Of a stretch of DNA of 64,000 bases, positions 34,866 through 44,966 are shown one piece after another. The DNA is from Thermoanaerobaculia bacterium. Lineage in GTDB: Bacteria; Acidobacteriota; Thermoanaerobaculia; Multivoradales; JAGPDF01. The stretch is from assembly GCA_039932315.1 (NCBI GenBank), contig JBDTQG010000015.1:1148-65147 (forward strand), in the 5' to 3' direction. The notes under the pieces were generated by a model, which had not been told where the DNA came from, did no database searches, and saw only the letters and a program-made list of their open reading frames with translations. A program made the translations under genes and the position numbers. Each line of letters begins with the position of its first letter. The first letter of the stretch is position 1.

Positions 34866-36271
34866 CCGCCGGCGTCCCGGAGATCGCTCCGTCCGGCGAA
34901 GCCGTGTTTCTCGAGACGCCGGTAGAGTGCCTGCCGGGTGATGCCGAGCTCCGCCGCGACGCGGGTGAGATTGCCGCGCTGGCTGGCGAGAGAGCGCTCG
35001 ATCGCTTCGCGTTCGAGCGCGTCGAGATTCCCCGTCGCGCTGTCGATCGCGCCTGGCGTTGCGCCGTTCCCGCCGCCGCCCGGGCGGTCGCCCGGAGGCG
35101 CCGCGAGCAGTGCCGCGGTCAGGTGCTCCGTCGTCGAGATCAGCGCGGCGCGTTCGATCGCCTGGCGGAGCTGCCGGAGATTCCCCGGCCAGGGCTGACG
35201 CGAAAGCCAGTCGATGGCATCGGGAGCGAAAACGAGCCCCGGCCGGTTGAAGGTTCGGGCAGCGCCGGAAAGAAAGGCGGAGGCGAGAAGGGCAATGTCG
35301 CCGCGACGGTTGCGCAATGCCGGCAGGTGAAGCGTGATGAGGTTGAGCCGGTAGTAGAGATCCTCCCGGAACGTGCCCCGCGCGATCGCCTCGCCGAGAT
35401 TCCGGTGCGTCGCCGAGACGATGCGGACATCGGCGCGACGCGTGACACTCGAACCGAGCGCTTCGAAGGTCCTGTCCTGCAGTACGCGCAACAGCTTCAC
35501 CTGCGCCGCCGGTTCGAGGTCGCCGATTTCGTCGAGGAAGAGTGTGCCCCCCTGGGCGAGCTCGAATCGTCCCTTGCGATCGGCACGGGCATCGGTGAAG
35601 GCGCCGCGGACATGGCCGAAGAGCTCACTCTCGAGAAGCTGGGTCGGCAGTCCGCCGACATTGACCTTGATGAACGGTCGATCTCGGCGAGGGCTGTTGG
35701 CGTGAATCGCTTCGGCGAGGAGCTCCTTTCCGGTGCCGCTCTCGCCAGTGATCAGCACCGAGGCGTCGGAAGGCGCGACGCGTGCAACGAGCTCGAGCAG
35801 AGCGACGAAGGCCGGATCCTCGCCAAGAAGAGCCGTGAAATCGCCGCGCTCCGCCAGAGCATCGCGCCGGCCGCTCGCCTCGCGGGCGACGGCTGCCCGC
35901 GCCTGGGCAAGTCCGAGAGCGGTTTCTAGGGTGGCGACGAGAGCGTCGTTCTCCCAGGGTTTGGTGAGGAAGTTCGCGGCGCCGGCGCGCATTCCGGCGA
36001 CCGCCAGAGGGATCGATCCCCAGGCCGTGAGCAGAACGACCGGCAGTGCCGGGCGCAAAGCGCGCAGACGCTGCAGCAGCTCGAGTCCCTCGTCGCCGGT
36101 TGTCGAGCGCGAGAAGTTCATGTCCTGGAGGACGAGCTCGACATCGGCGCGCGCAGCGCCGGCGAGGGCTTCTGCAGCGGTGGCCGCCTCGATCACCGCA
36201 TAGCCGCGCTGGCGCAAAAGGAGGCGCAGCGACGCGCGAACCGTGGCGTCGTCGTCGGCGACGAGAATCAT
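34862..36271 (-). CDS. sigma-54-dependent response regulator (NtrC family: REC + AAA+ + Fis-type HTH)
   Basis: 469-aa ORF. REC: MILVADDD...DMNF. Walker A: GESGTGKE. GAFTDA loop. ESELFGH. C-terminal HTH: NLTRVAAELGITRQALYRRL. Confidence 0.93.
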   Translation of the reverse strand: MILVADDDATVRASLRLLLRQRGYAVIEAATAAEALAGAARADVELVLQDMNFSRSTTGDEGLELLQRLRALRPALPVVLLTAWGSIPLAVAGMRAGAANFLTKPWENDALVATLETALGLAQARAAVAREASGRRDALAERGDFTALLGEDPAFVALLELVARVAPSDASVLITGESGTGKELLAEAIHANSPRRDRPFIKVNVGGLPTQLLESELFGHVRGAFTDARADRKGRFELAQGGTLFLDEIGDLEPAAQVKLLRVLQDRTFEALGSSVTRRADVRIVSATHRNLGEAIARGTFREDLYYRLNLITLHLPALRNRRGDIALLASAFLSGAARTFNRPGLVFAPDAIDWLSRQPWPGNLRQLRQAIERAALISTTEHLTAALLAAPPGDRPGGGGNGATPGAIDSATGNLDALEREAIERSLASQRGNLTRVAAELGITRQALYRRLEKHGFAGRSDLRDAGG

Positions 36272-37476
36272 TCCCAGCGCAGCGCCGCGGTCGGCGTGAC
36301 CCGGCTCGCCATCCGGCTCGGCAACCAGGCCGCGAAACCGGCTAGAAGCAGAAGGGCGACGTTCGCGGCGGCAATTCCGCCCAGTACGACGGAGAGAGGT
36401 ATCCCGCCGAGGAGATGGAGCAGTGGGAGCTGCAGGGCGACGAAAGTTCCGGCGACGAGCGCGACCGTCGCGAGAAGCAGCATCTCGGCGACGAACTGAC
36501 GATGGACTGCTGCAGCAGTCGCGCCGAGCGCTCGGCGAAGGCCGATCTCGCGCCGCCGCTCCGTCACGTTCTGCCAGACGACTCCGATGAGGCCCAGGGC
36601 GACCATGGCGAGGAGAAAGCTTCCCACAATCCCTCCGGCGATGAGCGGCGCGGCGCGCAATCGTCGGTTGTCCGCACGGTATTCCGCCAGTGGCCGGACC
36701 TCGATCGACCAGCCTGGAGCGACTTCGCCGAGCCTCTTCGCCAGACGCTCCTCGAAAGCGATACCGGTGCCCGGATGAACGCGGATCAGCAGGTGCCGGG
36801 GCGAACGGTGTTTCGTGTCGCCGATGCGCACACGCTCGAAGAAGAAATTTTCCGGCCCGGCGAACTCGCCGCCGGCGCGATACTCGGCGACCACACCGAC
36901 GACCTGACGTCGCGCCGCTTTGGGGTCGGAGGCCTCGTTGTCATCGAGGAACTGGCCGACGGCTGCGGAATCTGAACCAAAGACGTTGCGCGCGAAATCT
37001 CCGTCGACGACGAGCGGGGTGACGGCTGCGCCGTCGTCTTCGCGGCCGAACCAGCGACCCGCAGCCATCTCGATCCCGGCGGTGCGGGCGAAGTCGTCGG
37101 TGACTTCGTTGAACGAGCTGTCGATGTGCCGCCCGCCGTGGTCGAACGAGGATTCCATCAGGGCGAGAGAGAAGGGAACGACGTGGGAGCCTGCGACGGA
37201 CTCGACCTCAGGCAGCGCTTTAGCCTCCTGCAAGAGGCGCGCGAAAAGCTCCATGTCGTGGGGATCGAACGTGTCGTCGGAGGAGCGCTGCGAGTTGAGC
37301 TCGGCGACGAGCATGTTGTCGACCGTGAAGCCGAGCGGACGCCGCCAGTTCGTCGCCTGATAGATGGCCGTCGTCGTGACGAGCGCGACGACGAGAAAGG
37401 TGACGAAGAGCTCTAGCAGCAGGAGCGCGGTGGACCGTTTGCGGTTCCAGACCAGGCGCAGGAGGTGGCGGGTCAT
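36268..37476 (-). CDS. ABC transporter permease, MacB/FtsX family
   Basis: ORF 36268..38208 trimmed to ATG 37476 (ATGA overlap with the upstream permease stop). N-terminal TM, large periplasmic loop, and a C-terminal FtsX-type 3-TM bundle (REIGLRRALGATAAAV). Confidence 0.85.
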   Translation of the reverse strand: MTRHLLRLVWNRKRSTALLLLELFVTFLVVALVTTTAIYQATNWRRPLGFTVDNMLVAELNSQRSSDDTFDPHDMELFARLLQEAKALPEVESVAGSHVVPFSLALMESSFDHGGRHIDSSFNEVTDDFARTAGIEMAAGRWFGREDDGAAVTPLVVDGDFARNVFGSDSAAVGQFLDDNEASDPKAARRQVVGVVAEYRAGGEFAGPENFFFERVRIGDTKHRSPRHLLIRVHPGTGIAFEERLAKRLGEVAPGWSIEVRPLAEYRADNRRLRAAPLIAGGIVGSFLLAMVALGLIGVVWQNVTERRREIGLRRALGATAAAVHRQFVAEMLLLATVALVAGTFVALQLPLLHLLGGIPLSVVLGGIAAANVALLLLAGFAAWLPSRMASRVTPTAALRWE

Positions 37477-38714
37477 CGCGGTCCTCCGGCGAGTGCTGCG
37501 ATGGGAGAGATGCGCGACATGCGGTAAGCAGGCCAGAGGCCGGAGAGCAACCCGAAAACGACCGCGCCGGCGAAGGTCCAACCGGCGACAGCGAAATTGA
37601 CGTGCAGGTCGAGGTAGGGAATGAATCCGCTGGCGTTGATGACCGCCAGCGCGAGAGTCGACAGCATGAAGCCGATCGCTCCGCCGGCCAGGGAGAGCAC
37701 CAGGTTCTCGAGAAGAAACTGACCGAGGAGCGCTCTTCTCGGCGCACCGAAGGCGCGGCGCACGCCGATTTCTGTCGCGCGCTCGGCGACTCGTGAAGCG
37801 TTGAGGTTGATGAGGTTCACTGCCGGCAGAAGCATGAACAGCACCGCGGCTCCGACGAAGAGGCCGAAGAGACCGGCGGGCCGCGCACTGTCGAGGTGAT
37901 CGGCGAGCAGCATCCGCGACTGCGCCTCGAACTTGGTGTCGGCGCCGCCGCGCATCTCCGGGAAATCCGGATTCGGCGACGGCGTCGTCAGGATCCGGCG
38001 GCCGATCTCCGCGCGGATCGCCCCGAGGTCGGACCTCGAGCGGGCGACGAAGATCGCCAGATACGTTCCGACGAACTCTGTCTTGTAGAGCTCTGATCGC
38101 GAGGTCGAGAGCGGCACCCAGACGTCGGCTCCCGGGAGCAGCTTGACGATCGGCACATTGTCGACGACGCCGACGACCCTGAACCGCTGTCCCTCGATCT
38201 CGATCCACCGTCCTACGGCGGGTCCGCTGCCGAGGAGCTTGTCGCGCATCGCCGCGTTCACGACGGCGACGAAATTGTGATCGCGCTCATCCTCGTCGGT
38301 GAAAGGACCGCCTTCGAGGAAGTGGAGATCGAAGACGCGCCAGAACGAGCCGTCGGTGCGCTTGCGCATCAGCCGGACTCTTCGCCCATCGACGTAAGCC
38401 GTCGCGCCGCTGGGATAGGAGAAGAAGGTCTTTTCTTCGACGCCCGGAACATCGCGCATGTACCGGTCGAGAAAGCCGTATCCGGCAGACGATGTCGTTC
38501 CGCCGCGCGGCCCGTACATCCCCATGGCCATGATTCCCACCGCCCGGTCGAGCCGGCTCTCCGGCGGGTTGGTACCGAAGACGACGTCGAGAAACGCCGC
38601 GCACGTCGACACGACGAGGAGTGTGGCGGCTATGGTGAAGAGACTGATGGCGGTGAATCCCTTGCGGCGCAGCAGAACTTTGCAGGCAAGCCTGAGGTGG
38701 TGAACGAGTTTCAT
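37473..38714 (-). CDS. ABC transporter permease, MacB/FtsX family
   Basis: 413-aa ORF. Same architecture as the neighbour: MKLVHHLRLACKVLLRRKGFTAISLFTI..., TEIGVRRAFGAPRRAL. Confidence 0.85.
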   Translation of the reverse strand: MKLVHHLRLACKVLLRRKGFTAISLFTIAATLLVVSTCAAFLDVVFGTNPPESRLDRAVGIMAMGMYGPRGGTTSSAGYGFLDRYMRDVPGVEEKTFFSYPSGATAYVDGRRVRLMRKRTDGSFWRVFDLHFLEGGPFTDEDERDHNFVAVVNAAMRDKLLGSGPAVGRWIEIEGQRFRVVGVVDNVPIVKLLPGADVWVPLSTSRSELYKTEFVGTYLAIFVARSRSDLGAIRAEIGRRILTTPSPNPDFPEMRGGADTKFEAQSRMLLADHLDSARPAGLFGLFVGAAVLFMLLPAVNLINLNASRVAERATEIGVRRAFGAPRRALLGQFLLENLVLSLAGGAIGFMLSTLALAVINASGFIPYLDLHVNFAVAGWTFAGAVVFGLLSGLWPAYRMSRISPIAALAGGPR

Positions 38715-38742
38715 TGCACTCTCTCTCGCGGAATCCGCGCGA

Positions 38743-39408
<666 letters not shown>

Positions 39409-39436
39409 CGGGTCTCCGGAAATTTGCCGTCCAGGG

Positions 39437-40717
39437 TTAGCGAAGATCGAGGCGGTCGAAATGGGCGAAGGCGGAGGTGTCGGACACGACGATCGCATCG
39501 CCGGCGACGAGCCCGGAGCTGATCTCGACCTCGTCGCGACCCACGAGGCCGAAAGTCGCGGTGAGGCGTTCGAGCCGGGAACCCCGGACGACGAAGACGG
39601 GCTGACGCGAGCCTGCCGCCGCGAAGACCGGCCGCCGGACCTTCAGGACTTCTGCGCGCTCGTCGAGCACAATGTCGACGTCGACCCGCAGCGAATTGCG
39701 CAGCGCAGGGTCGCTCGGGTGGTCGAGAAGCGCGGTGAATCGCACGCTGCCGTCGACGATCGTCGGATCGACGCGCGCGATGCGCCCCGAGAGCCGCTCG
39801 CCGGAAGCCGTGGTGAAGGCGACGGCCTGGCCGGGTGCGAGCTGGGGCGCATGCACCTCGGCTGCGGATCCCTCGAGCCGGAACGATCCCAGATCGGCGA
39901 CCCGCGCGACGACGTCGCCGGGGCGGACGAGTGCGCCCTCGTCGGCGAGAACGTACGTCACGATGCCATCGCGATCCGAGCGGGTCGTGGCGACGACGAG
40001 CTTGCGGCTGAGCTCATCGCGCTCCTTTTCGACGATCGCGAAGTCGAGCACGGCCCCGCTGAGGCTCTCGGCGCGCGCCTCACGGCTGGCGACGACGCTT
40101 CCTTCGAGCTCTCCGACGACGAGGTCCGCCTTCTTGCGTGCGACTTCGGCCGCGAGGCGATCGCCTTCGGAGATGAGACCTTCGCGGGCCAGGCGAGCGT
40201 GCTGGGCGAGGATCACCGTTGCCGATTCGAGATCGAGCCGCGCTTCGGCGAGGCGGCGTTCGAGCTCCGCGACTTCGCGGCCGCTGCTGAGCTCCAGCTG
40301 ACGATGAACGTGGCGCTCGCGCGCCACCCGGTCGTCGAGGCGCGCGAGATCGGATCGAGCGGCGCTGAGATCGAGCTCGAGGATCGCCTCGTCGCGCTTC
40401 ACCGGGTCGCCCGGTCGTTTGAGAACGCGCAGCACGCGGCCTTCGACCGGCGCCGGGAGCTGCTCCTCATGCGCCGGCGCGAGGCGGCCTTCAGCGGGAA
40501 TGCTGGCGACGAGTGTGCCGCGCTCGACGCTGGCGATGCGCAGTTCGGAGCGGCTCACAGCCGGACGCAACCCGTGACGCGCTGCGAAGAAGATCACGAT
40601 CGCGATCGATCCTCCGATCGCCCCTTTCATCGCCGATCGGAAACGGCGCTGGCGGATCTCTTCCGCTGTGAGCTCGCGATCCATGGTCAGGTCTTGCTGA
40701 TGTCGTTGGGGTCGCAT
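39437..40717 (-). CDS. HlyD-family periplasmic adaptor (membrane fusion protein)
   Basis: 426-aa ORF. N-terminal TM (AIGGSIAIVIFFAA), a coiled-coil hairpin region, and C-terminal beta-barrel-like blocks. Confidence 0.85.
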   Translation of the reverse strand: MRPQRHQQDLTMDRELTAEEIRQRRFRSAMKGAIGGSIAIVIFFAARHGLRPAVSRSELRIASVERGTLVASIPAEGRLAPAHEEQLPAPVEGRVLRVLKRPGDPVKRDEAILELDLSAARSDLARLDDRVARERHVHRQLELSSGREVAELERRLAEARLDLESATVILAQHARLAREGLISEGDRLAAEVARKKADLVVGELEGSVVASREARAESLSGAVLDFAIVEKERDELSRKLVVATTRSDRDGIVTYVLADEGALVRPGDVVARVADLGSFRLEGSAAEVHAPQLAPGQAVAFTTASGERLSGRIARVDPTIVDGSVRFTALLDHPSDPALRNSLRVDVDIVLDERAEVLKVRRPVFAAAGSRQPVFVVRGSRLERLTATFGLVGRDEVEISSGLVAGDAIVVSDTSAFAHFDRLDLR

Positions 40718-40868
40718 GGTCAGGACGAATCGTCGATCGGTCGACAGTGAGGTTACCCAAGCTCCATGCCACGGAGCTCCGCAGAAGAATCAAGGGTTTG
40801 CGCGCCTTGTCGGTACGCGCCTCGTCCGGGATCGGACGGATCGTCCGGAAGCGGACGCCCGCGCGTTC

Positions 40869-40884
40869 GGGCACTGGCCTTGCA
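40869..40884 (+). promoter_or_regulatory. candidate sigma-54 (-24/-12) promoter for the hybrid kinase gene
   Basis: GGGCACTGGCCTTGCA matches TGGCAC-N5-TTGCA, with GG at 40870-71 and GC at 40882-83 (exact GG-N10-GC spacing). It lies about 25 nt upstream of ATG 40910. Confidence 0.45.
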
Positions 40885-40909
40885 GCTCTCTGTCCCAACG
40901 AGAGATGGA

Positions 40910-43180
40910 ATGCACCCAGAGAATCCAGAAAAACCGCTGCCCCTTCCGCCCGTGCCGGCCGGTCCCGAGCGCACTCGCCTTGACCTCGGCTCATCGGATG
41001 TAGAGCGGCGGGCAGCACTGCACGCCTTGCAGAGCAGCGAGGCGCGCTTGCAGGCGGTCTTTCATCAGGCGGCGGTCGGCATCGCCATCGTCGACCTCGA
41101 AGGGCACCTCGTCGAGGTCAACCAGAAGTTCTGCGACATTCTCGAATCTTCCAAAGCGGAACTATTGCAGCGGACCTTTCACCAAATTACTCATCCGGAA
41201 GACCTTGCGGTCTCGGCGGCGCACATGGACGCGCTCGTCGCCGGGTCGGTCGCCGACTTCAGCGTCGAGAAGCGTTACGTGCGCCCGAGCGGTGACTCGG
41301 TGTGGAGTTCAACCACGGTTACCCTGATCCGCGACGCTGTGGGAGTGCCTTCACGCTTCTTGGCTGTCGTGCGGGACATCTCCGGGCGCAGAGCGGTCGA
41401 AGCCGAGCTCCGGGAGGAAACGCGGAATCTCGAGCTGATGAATCGCACCGGTGTGCTGCTCGGGCGTTCTCAACTCGACCTCGCGGTGATTCGTCAGACG
41501 GTCATCGAAGCGACGACCGAAATCGCCGGCGCGGAGCTGGGACTTTTTCGTCTGGAGTCATCTCGTCCAGAGTCGTCGGAAGGATCGGCGAGGTCTGGGC
41601 CCGCGATCACCGTCGCGCGGACCTCGTTGCGCTCTTTTGGCGATCTCGGCCATCCGTCCCTCGCGTCCTTTTTCTCGCCTTGCTTGCTCTCCGACGCTCC
41701 CTTGCGAAGCGACGACGTTCACTCCGATCCGCGATTCGCGGAGGCGATGGGAGCCTGGGGGACGCGACCGACGGCATTTCGCAGTTTTCTCGCCGTGCCG
41801 ATCGTGCGCCGGAACGAGGAGGACAGCGCCGCGCTTTTCTTTCTCCATTCGGAGCCCGGTGCATTCAGCGCGCGTGTCGAGCGCCGCGTCGTCGGAGTGG
41901 CGGCGCAGGCCGCCGTCGCGCTCGACAATGCGAGGCTCTATGCCGAGGTCCGGAAATCCGCCGACGTGCGGATGGAACTGCTCGAAGGCGAGCGCTCCGC
42001 CCGTGAATCGGCCGAGCGCCTGAGCTCACTCAAGGATGAATTTCTTTCGACTCTGTCGCACGAGCTCCGAACTCCGCTTTCGGCGATTCTCGGCTGGGCG
42101 CAGGTACTTCGTCGCGGTGCGCCGAAGGCCGATGATCTGCAGAAGGGTCTCGAAGCGATCGAGCGCAACGCCCGCGTCCAGACGCGCCTGATCGAAGAGC
42201 TGCTCGACATGAGCCGCATCACCTCCGGCAGAGTTCGGCTCGATGTGCAACAGGTCGATCCGGCCTCCGTCATCGAGGCCGCGATCGAAACCGTCCGACC
42301 GGCAGCGGAAGGGAAGGGCATACGCATCGAGCGCCTTTTCGATTCGGGCGCCGGCCCGATCTCGGGCGATCCCGCTCGTCTGCAGCAGATCCTGTGGAAC
42401 CTCCTTTCGAACGCCATCAAGTTCACTCCCCGCCAGGGGAAGATCCAGATTCTCCTGCAGCGGGTCAACTCCTCTGTGGAGATCAGCGTTTCCGACACCG
42501 GCACGGGCATTCAGCCCGAATTCCTGCCGCTCGTCTTCGAGCGTTTCCGCCAGGCGGACGGCTCCTCGACGCGTTCGCACGGGGGTCTCGGCATGGGTCT
42601 CGCGATCGTCAAGCACCTGGTCGAGCTGCACGGCGGCACGGTGAAGGCGGCGAGCGCGGGAGAGGGGCGCGGATCGACATTCGTCGTTCGTTTTCCGTTG
42701 AGCGTCCTGCAGGGTTATGTCGCGAGCGACCTGCGGCTGCACTCGGGCAGTGAGTCGATCGATCCCGTCGACTTCCGTACGCTGGATCTTTCGGGTACGA
42801 AGGTCGTCGCTGTAGACGACGACCAGGACGCCCGCGAGCTCATTCGTCGGGTTCTCTCCGAATGCGCTGCGGAGGTCTTCACGGCGGCGTCGGCGGAAGA
42901 GGCACTGCGCCTCATCGAGGCGGAACACCCGGACGTGTTGGTGAGCGACATCGGGATGCCGGAGATCGACGGGTATGAGCTGCTGCGGCGCGTGCGTCTG
43001 CTGGGCTCGGAACGTGGCGGAGACGTTCCGGTCATCGCCCTCACCGCATTCGCGCGCTCTGAAGATCGTACGCGCGCACTGCACGCCGGCTTCCGTGTGC
43101 ATGTCTCGAAGCCGATCGAACCATCCGAGCTCGTCGCCACCGTCGCGAGCGTTTCCGGGCGCGCGCCCGGCCTGCACTGA
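40910..43180 (+). CDS. hybrid sensor histidine kinase (PAS + GAF + HisKA + HATPase_c + REC)
   Basis: ORF 40766..43180. Start moved to ATG 40910, the first start after the sigma-54-like element (uncertain). H-box: LSTLSHELRTPLSAILGW. N-box: LWNLLSNAIKFTP. G-boxes: DTGTGI, GGLGMGLAIV. C-terminal receiver: VVAVDDDQDAREL...DIGMPEIDG...VSKP. Confidence 0.85.
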   Translation: MHPENPEKPLPLPPVPAGPERTRLDLGSSDVERRAALHALQSSEARLQAVFHQAAVGIAIVDLEGHLVEVNQKFCDILESSKAELLQRTFHQITHPEDLAVSAAHMDALVAGSVADFSVEKRYVRPSGDSVWSSTTVTLIRDAVGVPSRFLAVVRDISGRRAVEAELREETRNLELMNRTGVLLGRSQLDLAVIRQTVIEATTEIAGAELGLFRLESSRPESSEGSARSGPAITVARTSLRSFGDLGHPSLASFFSPCLLSDAPLRSDDVHSDPRFAEAMGAWGTRPTAFRSFLAVPIVRRNEEDSAALFFLHSEPGAFSARVERRVVGVAAQAAVALDNARLYAEVRKSADVRMELLEGERSARESAERLSSLKDEFLSTLSHELRTPLSAILGWAQVLRRGAPKADDLQKGLEAIERNARVQTRLIEELLDMSRITSGRVRLDVQQVDPASVIEAAIETVRPAAEGKGIRIERLFDSGAGPISGDPARLQQILWNLLSNAIKFTPRQGKIQILLQRVNSSVEISVSDTGTGIQPEFLPLVFERFRQADGSSTRSHGGLGMGLAIVKHLVELHGGTVKAASAGEGRGSTFVVRFPLSVLQGYVASDLRLHSGSESIDPVDFRTLDLSGTKVVAVDDDQDARELIRRVLSECAAEVFTAASAEEALRLIEAEHPDVLVSDIGMPEIDGYELLRRVRLLGSERGGDVPVIALTAFARSEDRTRALHAGFRVHVSKPIEPSELVATVASVSGRAPGLH

Positions 43181-43198
43181 TCCTTTCCGTTACCGGCT

Positions 43199-44920
43199 TC
43201 AGGGCTTTCGCGGCGCGGGCAGATTCTGTCCGCCCTGGTGCAGCGTGAGCGCGGTTGCGCGTCCGTCCGAAAGGACGAAATCGATCTGTGCATCGACGAC
43301 CTTGAAGAAGAACCGCGTCGGCGATTCGGGGAAGATCTCGAACTTCGGCTGACCGGTCGCCTGGGCGAAAAGGTGCTCTCCCTCGTTTGTCACCGTGATG
43401 TCGAACCCCGGAGCGAGAGCGAAGATGCCGCAAAGCGCGCCATAGGCGTCCGTCGCGACAGCGACCGCCTGCTTCTCCGCCGGGATCGGCTCGAGCGTTC
43501 GGCGGGAACGGAAGACCGGTCCGATGCCGCCGTCGACGTAAACCGCGTCCACCTTGCCCTTTGCATCGCGTGCGAAGCGGATCGTCGTGTCGTGCTCGCC
43601 GACCTGGTAGAGATCGACACCCAGTGGAACCAGGTCGTGGCGATCGCCGCCCGTGCGCTGCAGGCGGAGGGTCGCGCCCTCGCGCGTCACGATCCGGCGC
43701 TGATCCGCCGATTCGGGGACGAGATAGACGCCGGTCAGGGCGTCGAGATCCCGTTCCTTCATCTTCGGAGCTACGGGCGGATTCGCCGGGGTGGCTCGCG
43801 GCTTCGTCGCGACCGCTCCACCGAGAACCGCGAGCGCGATCTGGTGCGAAATCGCGTTCGAATCCTGCTCGGTGTTGTTGCTCAGGAGGACGATCAGCAG
43901 ATCTTCGCCGGGAACGCGCAGGAGATCGCAGACGAAGCCGTGGATGCCCCCGCCGTGCTCGTGCGCCAAGCGACCGCCGACATCGGTGATCGCGTTGCCG
44001 AGGCCGTAGCGCGTCGAGACGCCTTTCTGCTCACCGGAAGCGATCACGATGGGCGTGAACATGCGGTCCCGTGAAGCCGCGCTCACGACCTTTCCGGCTT
44101 CGAGTGCATCGCTCCAGAGCGCGAGATCGTCGACGTTCGACATCAGGGAGCCCGCAGCGTAGGGCTGGGTGAGCGAGAGATACGGAGCGTTCGTCCAGCC
44201 CTCCGCGCCGCGGACATAACCCGCCACCCGCCCGTGAACGATCTCTTCCTGATGTCCGTAGCGCGTCGAGGTCATGCCGAGGGGCGCGAAGAGCTCTTTT
44301 TCGACGACGTCCTCGTAGGTCTTTCCGGTCACTTTCTCGATGACGGCGCCGAGCAGGATGAATCCGGAGTTGCTGTAGTTCCACAGCGTTCCGGGCGGAA
44401 AATCGAGCGGCTTGTTCCGGAATAGACCCGTGAGCGTGTCGAGGCTCATGTCCTCGCGCCAGCGCGGGATCCACTCCGGCATGTCGGTGTAGTTGGGTAC
44501 TCCCGATGTGTGGGAAAGAAGCTCTTCGATCGTGATCGTCGTGCCCCCGAAGGTCATCTCGGGGAGGAACTTCGTCAACGAATCGGAGAGCGAGAGTCTG
44601 CCCTCCTCCGCGAGCCGCAGCACCACCGCTGCGGTGAACTGCTTCGTCACCGATCCGATCTCGAACACCTGTTCCGGCGCCACCGGAATCCCGAAATCCA
44701 TCTGCGCCATCCCATACCCCTTGCGCAGAATCGTCTCGCCCTTGAGCCGCACCAGCACCGCAGCACCCGGGCCATCGGACGGGTAGGCCTTGGAGAGAAT
44801 GGCGTCCACCGAGCGTGCCGCAGCGGCCGCGCTTCCGGGTGCGCTCTCTGCGGCGTTTGCAGGAACCGCGGCGGGGAGGAATGCGAGGAGGACGGCCAGA
44901 GTGGCGTGCGTTCGGCGCAT
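43199..44920 (-). CDS. exported serine hydrolase, beta-lactamase (class C / PBP4-like) family with C-terminal beta-rich repeats
   Basis: ORF 43199..45064 trimmed to ATG 44920 (GGAGA upstream). Signal peptide: THATLAVLLAFLPAAVPANA. S-x-x-K active site: IGSVTKQF. YSNSGF block. Two C-terminal DUF3471-like segments. Confidence 0.85.
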   Translation of the reverse strand: MRRTHATLAVLLAFLPAAVPANAAESAPGSAAAAARSVDAILSKAYPSDGPGAAVLVRLKGETILRKGYGMAQMDFGIPVAPEQVFEIGSVTKQFTAAVVLRLAEEGRLSLSDSLTKFLPEMTFGGTTITIEELLSHTSGVPNYTDMPEWIPRWREDMSLDTLTGLFRNKPLDFPPGTLWNYSNSGFILLGAVIEKVTGKTYEDVVEKELFAPLGMTSTRYGHQEEIVHGRVAGYVRGAEGWTNAPYLSLTQPYAAGSLMSNVDDLALWSDALEAGKVVSAASRDRMFTPIVIASGEQKGVSTRYGLGNAITDVGGRLAHEHGGGIHGFVCDLLRVPGEDLLIVLLSNNTEQDSNAISHQIALAVLGGAVATKPRATPANPPVAPKMKERDLDALTGVYLVPESADQRRIVTREGATLRLQRTGGDRHDLVPLGVDLYQVGEHDTTIRFARDAKGKVDAVYVDGGIGPVFRSRRTLEPIPAEKQAVAVATDAYGALCGIFALAPGFDITVTNEGEHLFAQATGQPKFEIFPESPTRFFFKVVDAQIDFVLSDGRATALTLHQGGQNLPAPRKP

Positions 44921-44966
44921 GAGGTCTCCAGAATCAGGATCGGTACGAGGGAAAGTCAGCGCGATC

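Noticed and set aside
40753-40771. Sigma-54-like element on the minus strand upstream of the MFP gene (TGGCAT-GGAGC-TTGGG)
   Set aside because: It has the -24 GG but GG instead of the near-invariant GC at -12. Too weak to call without a scoring matrix or transcript data.
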